The notes beneath the pieces are model-generated. The model saw nothing but the letters and a program-made list of their open reading frames with translations. It did not search any database and was not told the DNA's origin. Of a stretch of 64,000 nt of DNA, positions 41,194 to 50,870 are shown piece after piece. The position numbers and the translations under genes were made by a program. The DNA is from Candidatus Marinacidobacterium sp. (lineage in GTDB: Bacteria; Acidobacteriota; Vicinamibacteria; Marinacidobacterales; Marinacidobacteraceae). Each line of letters starts with the position of its first letter. Within the stretch, counting starts at the first letter, position 1. The DNA is taken from the NCBI GenBank assembly GCA_965204755.1, contig OZ242011.1, forward strand, positions 3,008,001-3,072,000. The letters run 5' to 3'.

Positions 41194-41607
41194 ATGACCC
41201 CCACCCCGGCGCCCCGGCCGCTCCTCGATCCCGACCCGACCGGGGGGGCCTTTCGCGGGCGGCGGTCGTTCCCCGCCGACGAACCCTTCTTCGCCGGGCA
41301 CTTTCCCGGCCTGCCGGTCGTTCCGGGCGTCTTCCTGCTCGAGGCGATGGCGGAGTGCGTCCGCGCCGGCCTCGCTGAGGGGAGCGCCGGCCCCGCCGGG
41401 GAAAGCACCGGTCCGGCGGGGGTGCTGCGGCTCCGCGGCGTGACCGGCGCGCGCTTCCGCCGGCGGATCGAGCCGGGGGACCGGGTGGACTTCGAGGCCC
41501 GCGAGTCGGAAGCGGACCCCGCTTCGCCGGCGGGCGGCCGCCGCTTCCGGGCGGAGGGCCTCGTGGACGGGCGACGGGCCGTCGAGGCGACGCTGGAGTT
41601 CGCGTGA
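41194..41607 (+). CDS. fabZ: FabZ-like 3-hydroxyacyl-ACP dehydratase
   Basis: EPFFAGHFPG.PVVPGV.LLEAMA, ARFRR.I.PGD. Confidence 0.75.
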   Translation: MTPTPAPRPLLDPDPTGGAFRGRRSFPADEPFFAGHFPGLPVVPGVFLLEAMAECVRAGLAEGSAGPAGESTGPAGVLRLRGVTGARFRRRIEPGDRVDFEARESEADPASPAGGRRFRAEGLVDGRRAVEATLEFA

Positions 41608-41714
41608 ACCGGGTGCTGCCCGGCTCTTCGCCTCCGCGCGCCCGCCGGTTTCGGGACCTCCGGCGGCGGGCCGAGCGTTAGAGGCGCGCGAGGGAGCACC
41701 GGGACGCGCGCCGC

Positions 41715-43022
41715 ATGAGTTCGGAGTTGTTGGGGCTCCGGCCGCCCCCGGAGGAGACTTCCGGCGGGCGCGCGCCAAGCCGCCCGAAGCGCGCCGCCCC
41801 GCCGTTCCCCCGCCGGGCCGGCGCCCGGGCCCGGGCGGCCCGCCCCTCCGGGCCGCGCCCGCCGGCCCCGGCCCGCCCGGCGCTCGCCGGCCTGAGCCGG
41901 GGCGGGACGACCGATGTCCTCGTCCGGACGAGCCGCCGGCGGGCGCTGGGGGTGGCCGGCGGTTCCTTCGGCTTCCACCTCCTGCTGCTGCTCGCCCTCC
42001 TCGGCCGGTTGATCCCCCTGCCGGAGGGCCAACCGCTCCCGGTCGCCGCGGAGGAGGCCGAGCCGCTGCTCTACGCCTTCGAGGCCCCGCCGGACCTCGC
42101 GGTCGAGGAGCCGCCGCCCGCCGACCTCGTCCCGCTGACCCCGCCGACTCCCGAACCGGAACCGCCGCCGGAGGCGCCCGCCCCCCCGCCGGCCGCCGCG
42201 CTCGTCATCCCCGAAGCGCAGATCGCCGTCCCCTCGACCGGCTTCCAGAACGACCTCCCCTTCTCCGAGGGGGACACCGACGAGTTCTTCACCGACACCG
42301 AGGCCGGCGAGGACCCGGACGCCGCGCGCGAGAACGAGGAGCGGACGGCGCTCGCCGCGGCGGAGGCGGCGGAGGAGGCCGCCGCCGAAGCGATGCTCGC
42401 CGAGGCGCTCGCCGAAGAAATGCCCGAATCGGTCTCCGACCCGGAGCGCCCCTTCGCCTCTCCGCTCGACGACCGGCTGCGGTTCGACGAAGACGCCTTC
42501 CGGGAGCGGATCCGGGACCCGGCGGCGGAAGTGCGGCGGCTCGCCTCCGACCTGGCGCGCCGGAACGCCCGCCGCCAGGCGCGGGAAGAGGAGCGCCGGC
42601 GCGGCGCACCGACGGACATCTGGCGGTTCCTGGAAGGCAAGCGGTTCCGCAACCCCGAAGGAGGCCTGGTCTCCAACCGGAACAACACCCTCTACTACGA
42701 CGACCGGGGCGCGAACCTGGTCCCCTGGATCACCCGGCTCATCGCCGAAGTCCGCCGCAACTGGTATGTCCCCTACGCCGCCTCCTACCAGGCCGGCCAT
42801 GTGGCCATCGCCATCAGCGTGCTGCGGAGCGGCGAACTGGCCTGGCTGCAGGTGGTCATCCCCTCCGGCGTCCCCGGTTTCGACAACGCCGCCGTCGGCG
42901 CGCTGCAGGGAGCGCAACTGCTCCCGCTCCCCGACGACTACCCGGGCAACGACTTCGAGATCATGTTGGTCTTCTGGTACAACGAGCAGCCCTACGACCT
43001 CTTCGGTTCCTCGAAGCCCTGA
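41715..43022 (+). CDS. TonB C-terminal domain protein
   Basis: TM segment with SxxxH, Pro/Glu-rich linker, RRNW..P...SG...FDNAA..AL....LLPLP. Confidence 0.75.
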   Translation: MSSELLGLRPPPEETSGGRAPSRPKRAAPPFPRRAGARARAARPSGPRPPAPARPALAGLSRGGTTDVLVRTSRRRALGVAGGSFGFHLLLLLALLGRLIPLPEGQPLPVAAEEAEPLLYAFEAPPDLAVEEPPPADLVPLTPPTPEPEPPPEAPAPPPAAALVIPEAQIAVPSTGFQNDLPFSEGDTDEFFTDTEAGEDPDAARENEERTALAAAEAAEEAAAEAMLAEALAEEMPESVSDPERPFASPLDDRLRFDEDAFRERIRDPAAEVRRLASDLARRNARRQAREEERRRGAPTDIWRFLEGKRFRNPEGGLVSNRNNTLYYDDRGANLVPWITRLIAEVRRNWYVPYAASYQAGHVAIAISVLRSGELAWLQVVIPSGVPGFDNAAVGALQGAQLLPLPDDYPGNDFEIMLVFWYNEQPYDLFGSSKP

Positions 43023-43038
43023 CCGCCGGCCCGCGATT

Positions 43039-45309
43039 GTGACTGCGGCCGCCTTCCGTCCCTGCGCCGCCCGTTCCGGCGCCCTCCGCCGGCGACTGCT
43101 CGCCGCGGCGGCGCTCGGCCTGTTCCCGTCGGCGGCGGCGGCCCAGGACGCCGCGAACCGCGACATCCGGGTGGGCCTCGCCGACGGCGTCCCGGCGGCG
43201 CGCCTGGGCGCGGCGGCGCCCTTCCAACTCCGCGCCGGCGAACTCGCGATCGAGACCGCGTGGGTGCTCATCTCGCCGGAGGCCGGCCCGGCGGAACCGG
43301 CGCTCGCCCTCGGCTCCTTCGACTCCGAGGAAGGCGCGGAGCGGGCCGCGGAGTCCTACCGCGCCGCCGCCGGGACGGGCGGCGGGGCCTCCGTCCGCGT
43401 CCGGCGGAACCCGGCGGACGGCCGCTACCTGGCCGTCCTGCCGTCCGCCCGCGGCGAGCCGCCCTCCGCCGCCGTCCGGCGCCTCCGGGAAGGGGGATTC
43501 CCCGGCGCCGGGCTCTTCGACCTCCCGGAACCGGTCGGCGACGCGCTGGTCCTCCGTCCGGTCGGGGGCGCCCCCATCCGCATCCCCGGCGGGGTCGCGC
43601 TCACCGCCGCCCCGCCCGCCTCCGGCTTCCTCGAGTGGGAGGGCCGGCCGTACCGGGGCTCGCTCACCGTCTTCCGGAGCGGCGCCGGCGTTACCGTGGT
43701 GAACCGGCTGCCGCTCGAGGACTACCTTCTCGGCGTCGTCCCCCGCGAACTGCCGCCGGACCTCTTCCCCGAACTCGAAGCCCTGAAGGCGCAGGCGCTG
43801 GCGGCGCGGACCTACGCGCTCCGGCCCCGCGACGCCTACCTCGAACGCGGCTACGACCTCTGCAGCGGCCCGGCCTGCCAGGTGTACGGCGGCGTCGGCG
43901 CCGAGCGCCCGCTCTCCAGCCGGGCGGTGCGCGAGACCGCCGGCGAGGCGCTCTTCCACGACGGCGCGCTGATCGACGCGCTCTACACCGCGGCCTGCGG
44001 CGGCGCGACCGAGAACGCCGAGAACATCTTCACCACGAAGACTCCCTACCTGGTGAGCCGCGCCTGCATCCGGGACTCCGGCGGGCTCCGCCTCGAAACC
44101 TCCGGCGCCGCCCCGCTCGACGCCGCCCTCGTCCGCGCCGCGGGTCTGCTCCCCGCGGGCTGGGCCGACGCGGACGCCCTCGCCGCCCCGGCGGGCGCCG
44201 CCGAGTCGGAGCGCCTGCTCCGGGAGACCGCCCGGGGCCTCGGCGCGCCGGTCTGCGACCTCCCCGATGCTCCGCGGGGAGACGCGCCGCTCACCCTCGG
44301 CGCTTTCGCCGAGTCCGTCCGGGCGCTCCGCTGCCGCCCGGCGCCGTCCGAAGGCGCCGCCGGAGCGTCGGCGGTCTCCCCCTTCGGGCCGGGGACCGGG
44401 GAAATGCCCCCGGCGGTTCGCGCCCTCCTCGACGAGGGCCTGCTGGACGCCGGGGAGCGGGGCCTCGCCCCCGACCGGCCGGTGAGCCGCCGGGAAGTCC
44501 TGTTCGCCGCCGCCGCGCTCCTCCGCCGGGAGGCGCCCTCCTTCCGCCGCGGCCAGGTGCGCGGGATCGAAGGGGGAGCGCTGCTCGTCGAGGAAGACGG
44601 GGAGACCCCGCGGGGCGGCCCTTCGCCGGGCCCCTCCGCCGACCGGCCGCTGCTGCGCCTCACCCCGGCGGGGCGCCCCCCGGCCGAAGCGGAGGCCTGG
44701 CTCTACCGCGAGACGAGTTCGCGCCGGATTCCCGGGCGCGGCGACCCGGCGCCCACCGCCGCGCCGGTCCGCTCGCTGACCGCGCGCCTCGGCGACTTCG
44801 TCCGCTTCCTCGCCCCGGGGCCCGGAGGCGGCAGCCCCGCCGCCGACGGAGAGGCCCCGCCGCTCCGCTTCGAAGCGCTGATCCTCGAAGACCTCGGCGC
44901 GACCTGGGACCGCTTCTCCCGCCAGCGCTCCTGGCTCGTCCCGAAGGACGCCGCCTCGCTCGCCGAGGCCGCCGCCCGGCGGCGCCCCATCGGCGACCTG
45001 CTCGCCCTCGAGCCCCTCGAATACGGCGCTTCCGGGCGGATCGTCCGGCTCCGGCTGGTCGGGAGCGAAGGCAGCCTCGAAGTGCGCGGCCTCGGCGTCC
45101 GCCGCCTCCTCGGCCTCTCCGACAACCTCTTCTTCGCCGAACCCCGCCGCGACCCCGACGGCCGGCTGACCGGCTACTGGTTCATCGGGCGCGGCTGGGG
45201 CCACGGCCTCGGCCTCTGCCAGGCCGGGGCCTACGGGATGGCCGCCGCCGGCGCCGACTACCGGGAGATCCTGACCCACTACTACGCCGGCGTGGAGATC
45301 CGCCGGTGA
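43039..45309 (+). CDS. SpoIID/LytB-domain protein
   Basis: VN.LPLEDYL.GVVP.E, EALKAQALAARTYA, CQVY.G, G.GWGHG.GLCQ.GA, IL.HYY.G. Confidence 0.88.
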   Translation: MTAAAFRPCAARSGALRRRLLAAAALGLFPSAAAAQDAANRDIRVGLADGVPAARLGAAAPFQLRAGELAIETAWVLISPEAGPAEPALALGSFDSEEGAERAAESYRAAAGTGGGASVRVRRNPADGRYLAVLPSARGEPPSAAVRRLREGGFPGAGLFDLPEPVGDALVLRPVGGAPIRIPGGVALTAAPPASGFLEWEGRPYRGSLTVFRSGAGVTVVNRLPLEDYLLGVVPRELPPDLFPELEALKAQALAARTYALRPRDAYLERGYDLCSGPACQVYGGVGAERPLSSRAVRETAGEALFHDGALIDALYTAACGGATENAENIFTTKTPYLVSRACIRDSGGLRLETSGAAPLDAALVRAAGLLPAGWADADALAAPAGAAESERLLRETARGLGAPVCDLPDAPRGDAPLTLGAFAESVRALRCRPAPSEGAAGASAVSPFGPGTGEMPPAVRALLDEGLLDAGERGLAPDRPVSRREVLFAAAALLRREAPSFRRGQVRGIEGGALLVEEDGETPRGGPSPGPSADRPLLRLTPAGRPPAEAEAWLYRETSSRRIPGRGDPAPTAAPVRSLTARLGDFVRFLAPGPGGGSPAADGEAPPLRFEALILEDLGATWDRFSRQRSWLVPKDAASLAEAAARRRPIGDLLALEPLEYGASGRIVRLRLVGSEGSLEVRGLGVRRLLGLSDNLFFAEPRRDPDGRLTGYWFIGRGWGHGLGLCQAGAYGMAAAGADYREILTHYYAGVEIRR

Positions 45310-45421
45310 CGCGCCGTTGAGCGGGCCGCTCGCCCGTTTCAGCGCCGGACAACTCCGCGCCGGCGCGATCCTCGTCGCCGCGCTCGCGCTCCTCGCCCTC
45401 CTCCGCCGGTGTTGACGGCCC

Positions 45422-46435
45422 GTGGAAGAAGCGCCTCGCCCGGTCCTGGCGCTGGTCGGGCCGACGGCTTCCGGCAAGTCCGGACTGGCCGTCCGGCTGG
45501 CGCTCGACCTCCCGTTCCCGGTGGAAGTGGTCTCCTGCGACGCGTTCCAGATCTACCGGGGGCTCGAGATCGGCGCCGGCGCGCCCTCCGAAGGAGCCCG
45601 CCGCGCCGTCCCCCACCACCTGCTGGGCGTCCTGGAGCCCGACGATCCGGCCACCGCCGGCCGATACGCCGGCCTCGCCGCCCGCGCCGTCCGCGCGACC
45701 TGGGCGCGCGGCGGCATCCCGCTGGTGGTCGGCGGAAGCGGGCTCTACTTCCGGGCGCTCCGCGAGGGCCTGTTCTCCGGTCCCGCCCCGGACCCCGCCC
45801 TCCGCCGCCGCCTCGACCGGCTGTTCGACCGCCCGCGGGGCGCGGTGTGGCTCCGCCGGCTGCTGGCCCGGCTCGACCCGGCGGCGCACCGGGCGATCCA
45901 CGGGAACGACCGCGTCCGCCTCGCCCGGGCACTGGAAGTCGCCGTCCTCGCCGGGGCGCCGATCTCGGCGCTCCGCGCCGCCCGCGCGGTTCCCCTCCCC
46001 GAAGCGCGGTGGCTCGTCGTCGGGCTCGACCCGGGCCCGGAAGCGCTGGATCGCCGCATCGCCCGTCGCGTCCGGGGCATGTTCGCTTCGGGGCTGGCCG
46101 GGGAGGCGGCCGCGATGGAGGAGCGTTTCGGCGAGAAGTGGCCCGGGCGGTCGGCGATCGGCTACCGGGAGGCGCTGGCCGCTCTCGCCGGGGATCCCGC
46201 CCCGGAAAACCTGCCCGCCCGGATCGAGGACGCGGAGGCCCGGACCGTGACCGCGACCCGCCGCTACGCGAAGCGCCAGCGCACCTGGTTCCGCGCCGAA
46301 CCGGGCGTCCGCTGGCGGCGCGGCGACCCGGGCGCCCCGGAGACCCTGGCGGAGATCCGGGCGGAATTCGTCCGCTTCGTCGAGGGGGAGGGCGGGGGCG
46401 GGGCGTCGGTTCCCGCTCCTAGAATTCCGGTGTGA
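45422..46435 (+). CDS. miaA: tRNA dimethylallyltransferase
   Basis: GPTASGKS, D..QIYRG, VPHHLL, VGGSGLY, TRRYAKRQRTWFR. Confidence 0.95.
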   Translation: MEEAPRPVLALVGPTASGKSGLAVRLALDLPFPVEVVSCDAFQIYRGLEIGAGAPSEGARRAVPHHLLGVLEPDDPATAGRYAGLAARAVRATWARGGIPLVVGGSGLYFRALREGLFSGPAPDPALRRRLDRLFDRPRGAVWLRRLLARLDPAAHRAIHGNDRVRLARALEVAVLAGAPISALRAARAVPLPEARWLVVGLDPGPEALDRRIARRVRGMFASGLAGEAAAMEERFGEKWPGRSAIGYREALAALAGDPAPENLPARIEDAEARTVTATRRYAKRQRTWFRAEPGVRWRRGDPGAPETLAEIRAEFVRFVEGEGGGGASVPAPRIPV

Positions 46436-47103
46436 TGCGTTCGCCCGAAGCGTCCCGTCCGCCGCGGCCCCGGGGCCGCCGCTTCCCGCGGCGTTCGGCC
46501 CTCGCCGCCGCGCTGGCGGCCGTCGTCCTCGCCGCGCCGGGCGGCGCCGGCGCGGGAGTCGGCCCGGGAGTCGGCCAGACCGCCGCCGAAACCGCGGCCC
46601 TCGACGCCTGGATGAAACTGCTCGGGCTGCTGGGCGGCGCCGCGGCGGAACCGGTAACGCTCACCGAGGACGAGGCGAGCCTCCTGCTGGCGACCCCTCC
46701 CGCCGCCCCCATCCTCGCGGAGGAGGCCGGCCTCTCCTCGGTTTCCACGCGGTTCCGACCGGGCGAGGTCCGCTTCTCCGCCTCCGCCGAACCCGAAGCG
46801 CTCGCCGCCCTCCTGCCGCTCCCGCTCCCGCTCGGCGGCACCGCCGTCCCCCTGCGCGCGACGGTCCGGCTCGTCGGCGAAGACGGCCTCGGCCGGGCGA
46901 CCCTGGTCGAGGCGAGCGCCGGCGGCCTCCCCGTTCCCCCGGAGGCGGTCGCCGAAGCGCTGCTCGAACGCCTGCTGGCCGCGTTCTCGGTCGCCGAGGG
47001 CTCGCCGGAGGTCGAGGGCGCGACGGCGCGGTTCCCGCTGCCGGCCGGCCTCCGCGCCCTCGAAGTGGGCCCGGGGGAAGTCCGGCTGACTCCGGGCGGC
47101 TAG
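46432..47103 (+). CDS. Hypothetical exported protein
   Basis: Signal-like N-terminus; fills the gap between miaA and recG; TAGAAT box just upstream. Confidence 0.6.
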   Translation: MMRSPEASRPPRPRGRRFPRRSALAAALAAVVLAAPGGAGAGVGPGVGQTAAETAALDAWMKLLGLLGGAAAEPVTLTEDEASLLLATPPAAPILAEEAGLSSVSTRFRPGEVRFSASAEPEALAALLPLPLPLGGTAVPLRATVRLVGEDGLGRATLVEASAGGLPVPPEAVAEALLERLLAAFSVAEGSPEVEGATARFPLPAGLRALEVGPGEVRLTPGG

Positions 47104-47154
47104 CGGACCGGCGGCGGACCGGGGGCCGGGCGTAACCCGAGCGGCGCGCCCGCG

Positions 47155-49344
47155 ATGCCGGAACTCGGCCCGGACACCGAAGTCCGCTTCGTCAAGGGCG
47201 TCGGCGAACGCCGCGCGAAGGCGCTGGCCGAAGCCGGCATCCGCCGGGTCTCCGACCTCCTGCTGCGGCTGCCGTACCGCTACGAGGACCGCAGCGCCGG
47301 CCGCCCGGCGTGCGAGGTCCGGGACGGGGAGTCGGCGTCGGTCGAAGTGGTCGTCGAGTCGCTGCGCGTCCGCCCCACCCGCCGGCGCAACCTGAAGATC
47401 GTCGAACTCCGCGCCCGGGACGACACCGGCCCGGTGCGCGCCACCTGGTTCAACCGGCAGCACCTGAAGCAGGTCCTCCGGCCGGGCCGCCGCCTCGTCC
47501 TCTTCGGCGCCGCCAAGGTCGCCTATCCCGGTGCGCCCCCCGAGTTCCAAAACCCGAAGTACGAACTCATCACCGGTCCCCCGCCGCCCCGGTTCGAATC
47601 CTCGAGCGGGGACGAGCCGCCCGGTCCCGACGCCACCGACTCCGGCCCCACCGACGCCGGCCCCGATCCCCTGCATGTCGGGCGCATCGTCCCCGTCTAT
47701 GAACGCCTCGGCGAGATCCACCCCCGCCAGTTCCGCCGGATCCTCCACGACCTGGTGGAGTCCGGCGCCGGCGCCGAAACGGGCTGCCTCCCGGAGGAAC
47801 TCATCACCCGACTCGCCCTCCCCACGCGAGAAGAAGCCCTCCGGGAAGTCCACTTCCCCGAACCGGACGCGGAACTCGAAGCCCTCGCCGGGCGCCGGTC
47901 ACCGGGACACCGCCGGCTCATCCTCGAGGAGTTCTTCTCCTTCGCCCTCGGCCTCCTGCTGCGCCGCCGGGAAGACCGCACCGGGCGCGCCGGCGGCGGC
48001 GTCTTCCCGGTCAGCGACGCCGTCCGCGGCCTGTTCCGCCGGGTCGTCCCCTTCCGGCTCACCGGCTCGCAGCGGGACACGCTCCGGACGATCGCCCGCG
48101 AGTTCGCCGGCCCGCTCCCCATGCGCCGGCTGCTCCAGGGCGATGTGGGGTCGGGGAAGACCATCGTCGCGGTCGTCGCCGCGCTCATCGTCATCGACAA
48201 CGGGGCGCAGGCGGCGCTCATGGCGCCGACGGAGGTGCTCGCCGAGCAGCACTACGCCACGATCCGGCGCCTGCTGGAGCCCCACCGCATCCGGGTGGCG
48301 CTGCTCACTTCCGGCCTCTCCGCCGCCGACCGCCGGGCCACCCTGACCGCGGTGGCCAGCGGCTGGGCGCAGTTCGTCATCGGCACCCACTCGCTGATCC
48401 AGGAGGGGGCGCAGTTCCGCAACCTGGGTTTCGCGGTCGTGGACGAGCAGCACCGGTTCGGCGTGGAGCAGCGCCAACTGCTGGTCGAACGGGGCGCCGG
48501 CTGCGACCTGCTGGTCATGACCGCGACGCCGATCCCCCGGACGCTGACCATGGCCCTCCACGGCGACCTCGACCTCTCCGAACTCACCGAACTCCCGCCC
48601 GGCCGCCAGCCGATCGAGACGATCGTCCGCAGTTTCGCCGAGTTGGACGGCGTACACGACGCCGTGCGCGAGGAAGTCCGGCGAGGCCGACAGGCGTTCT
48701 ATGTCTGCCCGTTCATCGAGGACTCCGAAGCGGTGGACGGCAGCGGCGTCGAGCGCCGCTTCGCCGAACTCGCCGAAGGGCCGTTCCGCGGCCTGCGGCT
48801 CGACCTGGTCCACGGCCGGGTCCCGGCCGCGCAGCGCGACCGGGTCATGACCGCCTTCGCCACCGGCGAGGTGGATGTGCTGGTCGCGACCACGGTGATC
48901 GAAGTCGGCGTGGACATCCCGAACGCGACGGTCATGGTGGTGGAGAACGCCGAGCGGTTCGGCCTCGCCCAACTCCACCAGTTGCGCGGCCGGGTGGGGC
49001 GCGGGCGGTTCCCGTCCACCGCGGCGCTGGTGCACGGCGACGAACTCACCGAGTCCGCGAAGCGGCGGCTGGAAGTCCTGAAAGAGACCGCCGACGGCTT
49101 CCGCATCGCCGAGGAGGACCTGGCGATCCGCGGGCCGGGCGAGTTCTTCGGCGCCCGCCAGCACGGAGTCCCCCCGTTCCGCGTCGCCGACCTGGAGCGC
49201 GACGCCGAGTTCCTGCGGCAGGCGCGCCGGGAGGCGCAGCGTTTCCTCGACTCCGGCGCCGAGGAGCGGGAGGAGGGGCGGCGCATCCTCGGGGAAGTTC
49301 GCGCCGCCTGGGGCGACCGCTTCGGGTTGACCAAGGGCGGCTGA
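47155..49344 (+). CDS. recG: ATP-dependent DNA helicase RecG
   Basis: QGDVGSGKT, APTEVLAEQH, DEQHRFG, MTATPIPR, QLRGRVGR, DGF.IAEEDL..RGPGE. Confidence 0.97.
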   Translation: MPELGPDTEVRFVKGVGERRAKALAEAGIRRVSDLLLRLPYRYEDRSAGRPACEVRDGESASVEVVVESLRVRPTRRRNLKIVELRARDDTGPVRATWFNRQHLKQVLRPGRRLVLFGAAKVAYPGAPPEFQNPKYELITGPPPPRFESSSGDEPPGPDATDSGPTDAGPDPLHVGRIVPVYERLGEIHPRQFRRILHDLVESGAGAETGCLPEELITRLALPTREEALREVHFPEPDAELEALAGRRSPGHRRLILEEFFSFALGLLLRRREDRTGRAGGGVFPVSDAVRGLFRRVVPFRLTGSQRDTLRTIAREFAGPLPMRRLLQGDVGSGKTIVAVVAALIVIDNGAQAALMAPTEVLAEQHYATIRRLLEPHRIRVALLTSGLSAADRRATLTAVASGWAQFVIGTHSLIQEGAQFRNLGFAVVDEQHRFGVEQRQLLVERGAGCDLLVMTATPIPRTLTMALHGDLDLSELTELPPGRQPIETIVRSFAELDGVHDAVREEVRRGRQAFYVCPFIEDSEAVDGSGVERRFAELAEGPFRGLRLDLVHGRVPAAQRDRVMTAFATGEVDVLVATTVIEVGVDIPNATVMVVENAERFGLAQLHQLRGRVGRGRFPSTAALVHGDELTESAKRRLEVLKETADGFRIAEEDLAIRGPGEFFGARQHGVPPFRVADLERDAEFLRQARREAQRFLDSGAEEREEGRRILGEVRAAWGDRFGLTKGG

Positions 49345-49670
49345 CCCCGGGCATGTGTCTTCGACCCGTGTCTTTCGCGGGAGCGACGCTTCGGACGAGT
49401 CGCCCGCGGGTTCGCGCGGCTCTGCCCATGCGGCTGCTGCCGGGCGATGCCGGGTCGGGGAGGACCGTCTTTACGAAGGACCTCTCGCGTTTGGCTGGGG
49501 CAGGTCCGCGATCCGCTGTCCGGTCATCGCTCGCCGGAAGAAACCGACCGGTTCGGTCTTGCCGGTCACCGGGTCGCGCTCCCCTACCGCTCCGCGGAAT
49601 CGGGCCGCGCCTGCACACCTGAACCGAGGAAGCCGGCGCCGATGTTGATCGTGCGCTATCCTCTGTTTCC

Positions 49671-49804
49671 AAGGGCCGCATCCTACTAGCTTTCCTATAA
49701 AAGGAGTGCCTGGCAACTCCCAGAACAGGGACTCGGCTTGCCGAGCGGCGGACAGTGCGCGGCGTCCGTCGGGCGGCCCCACGGGGACTACCAGGCGCAG
49801 TCCC
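49671..49804. ncRNA. Putative structured RNA, array copy 1
   Basis: GGGCCGC/GCGGCCC long-range helix; hairpins GGAGT-GCCTGGCA-ACTCC, CTCGG-CTTG-CCGAG and GGGACT-ACCAGGCGC-AGTCCC; the two loops are complementary. Confidence 0.55.
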
Positions 49805-50021
49805 TACCCCCGCTTCGGGGTTTGCGAAGGACCTCTCGCGTTTGGCTGAGGCAGGTCCGCGATCCGCTGTCCGGTCATCTCTCGCCGGGAGGAAGCGACC
49901 GGTTCGGCCTTGTCGGTCACCGGGTCGCGTTCCACCACCGCTCCGCGGAATCGAGCCGCGCCTGCACGCCCGAAACGAGGAAGCCGGCGCCGAGGTTGTT
50001 CGTGCGCTATCCTTGGCATCC

Positions 50022-50159
50022 AAGGGCCGCATCCTACTAGCCCTACCGAACGGTTGAGGAGTGCCTGGCAACTCCAAAACAAGGGACTCGGCTTGCCGAG
50101 CGGCGGACAGTGCGCGGCGTCCGTCGGGCGGCCCCACGGGGACTACCAAGCGCAGTCCC
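50022..50159. ncRNA. Putative structured RNA, array copy 2
   Basis: Same stems; loop variant CCAAGC (G>A at 50149). Confidence 0.55.
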
Positions 50160-50375
50160 TACCCCCGCTTCGGGGTTTGCGAAGGACCTCTCGCGTTTGG
50201 CCGAGGCAGGTCCGCGATCCGCTGTCGGGTCATCGCTCGCCGGAACGAACCGATTGGTTCGACCCTGCCGGTCACCGGGTCGCGCTCCGCCACCGACCCG
50301 CGGTATCGAGCCGCGCACGCCCACCCGAACCGAGGAAGATCGCACCGATGTCGATCGTGCGCTACCCTCACGCGC

Positions 50376-50511
50376 AAAGGCCGCATCCTACTAGCTGACC
50401 CAAAAGGTGAGGAGTGCCTGGCTACTCCAAGATCAGGGACTCGGCTTGCCGAGCGGCGGGCAGTCGCGGCGCCCCCGGGCGGCCCCACGGGGACTACCAG
50501 GCGCAGTCCCC
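50376..50511. ncRNA. Putative structured RNA, array copy 3
   Basis: Same stems; compensatory GGGC/GCCC in place of GGAC/GTCC. Confidence 0.55.
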
Positions 50512-50724
50512 ACCCCCGCTTCAGGGTTTGCGAAGGACCTCTCGCGCTTGGCCGAGCAGGTTCGCCAGTTGCTTCTCGGTCATCTCTCGCCGGAAGAAAC
50601 TGATCAGATCGACCTCGTCGGTCGCCGGGTCGCGCTCCACCACCGCTCCGCGGTATCGAGGCCGCCCGCACACCCGAACTGAGGAAGCCGGCGCCGATGT
50701 TGATCGTGCGCTATCCTCACTCGT

Positions 50725-50861
50725 AAGGGCCGCATCCTACTAGCTAACCGAACGGTTGAGGAGTGCCTGGCAACTCCAAGAAAGGGGCTCGGCTTGCCGA
50801 GCGGCGGGCAGTGCGCGGCGTCCGTCGGGCGGCCCCACGGGGACTACCAGGCGCAGTCCCC
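50725..50861. ncRNA. Putative structured RNA, array copy 4 (adjacent to the nuclease stop codon)
   Basis: Same stems; hairpins at 50760-50777 and 50839-50861; ends 9 nt from the gene's TGA. Confidence 0.6.
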
Positions 50862-50870
50862 ACCCCCGCT

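Noticed and set aside
37781-45477. Long antisense ORFs (e.g. 37781-41188, 40413-43271, 42961-45477; also 19070-22144)
   Set aside because: Shadow ORFs typical of high-GC DNA opposite well-supported genes; no motifs.
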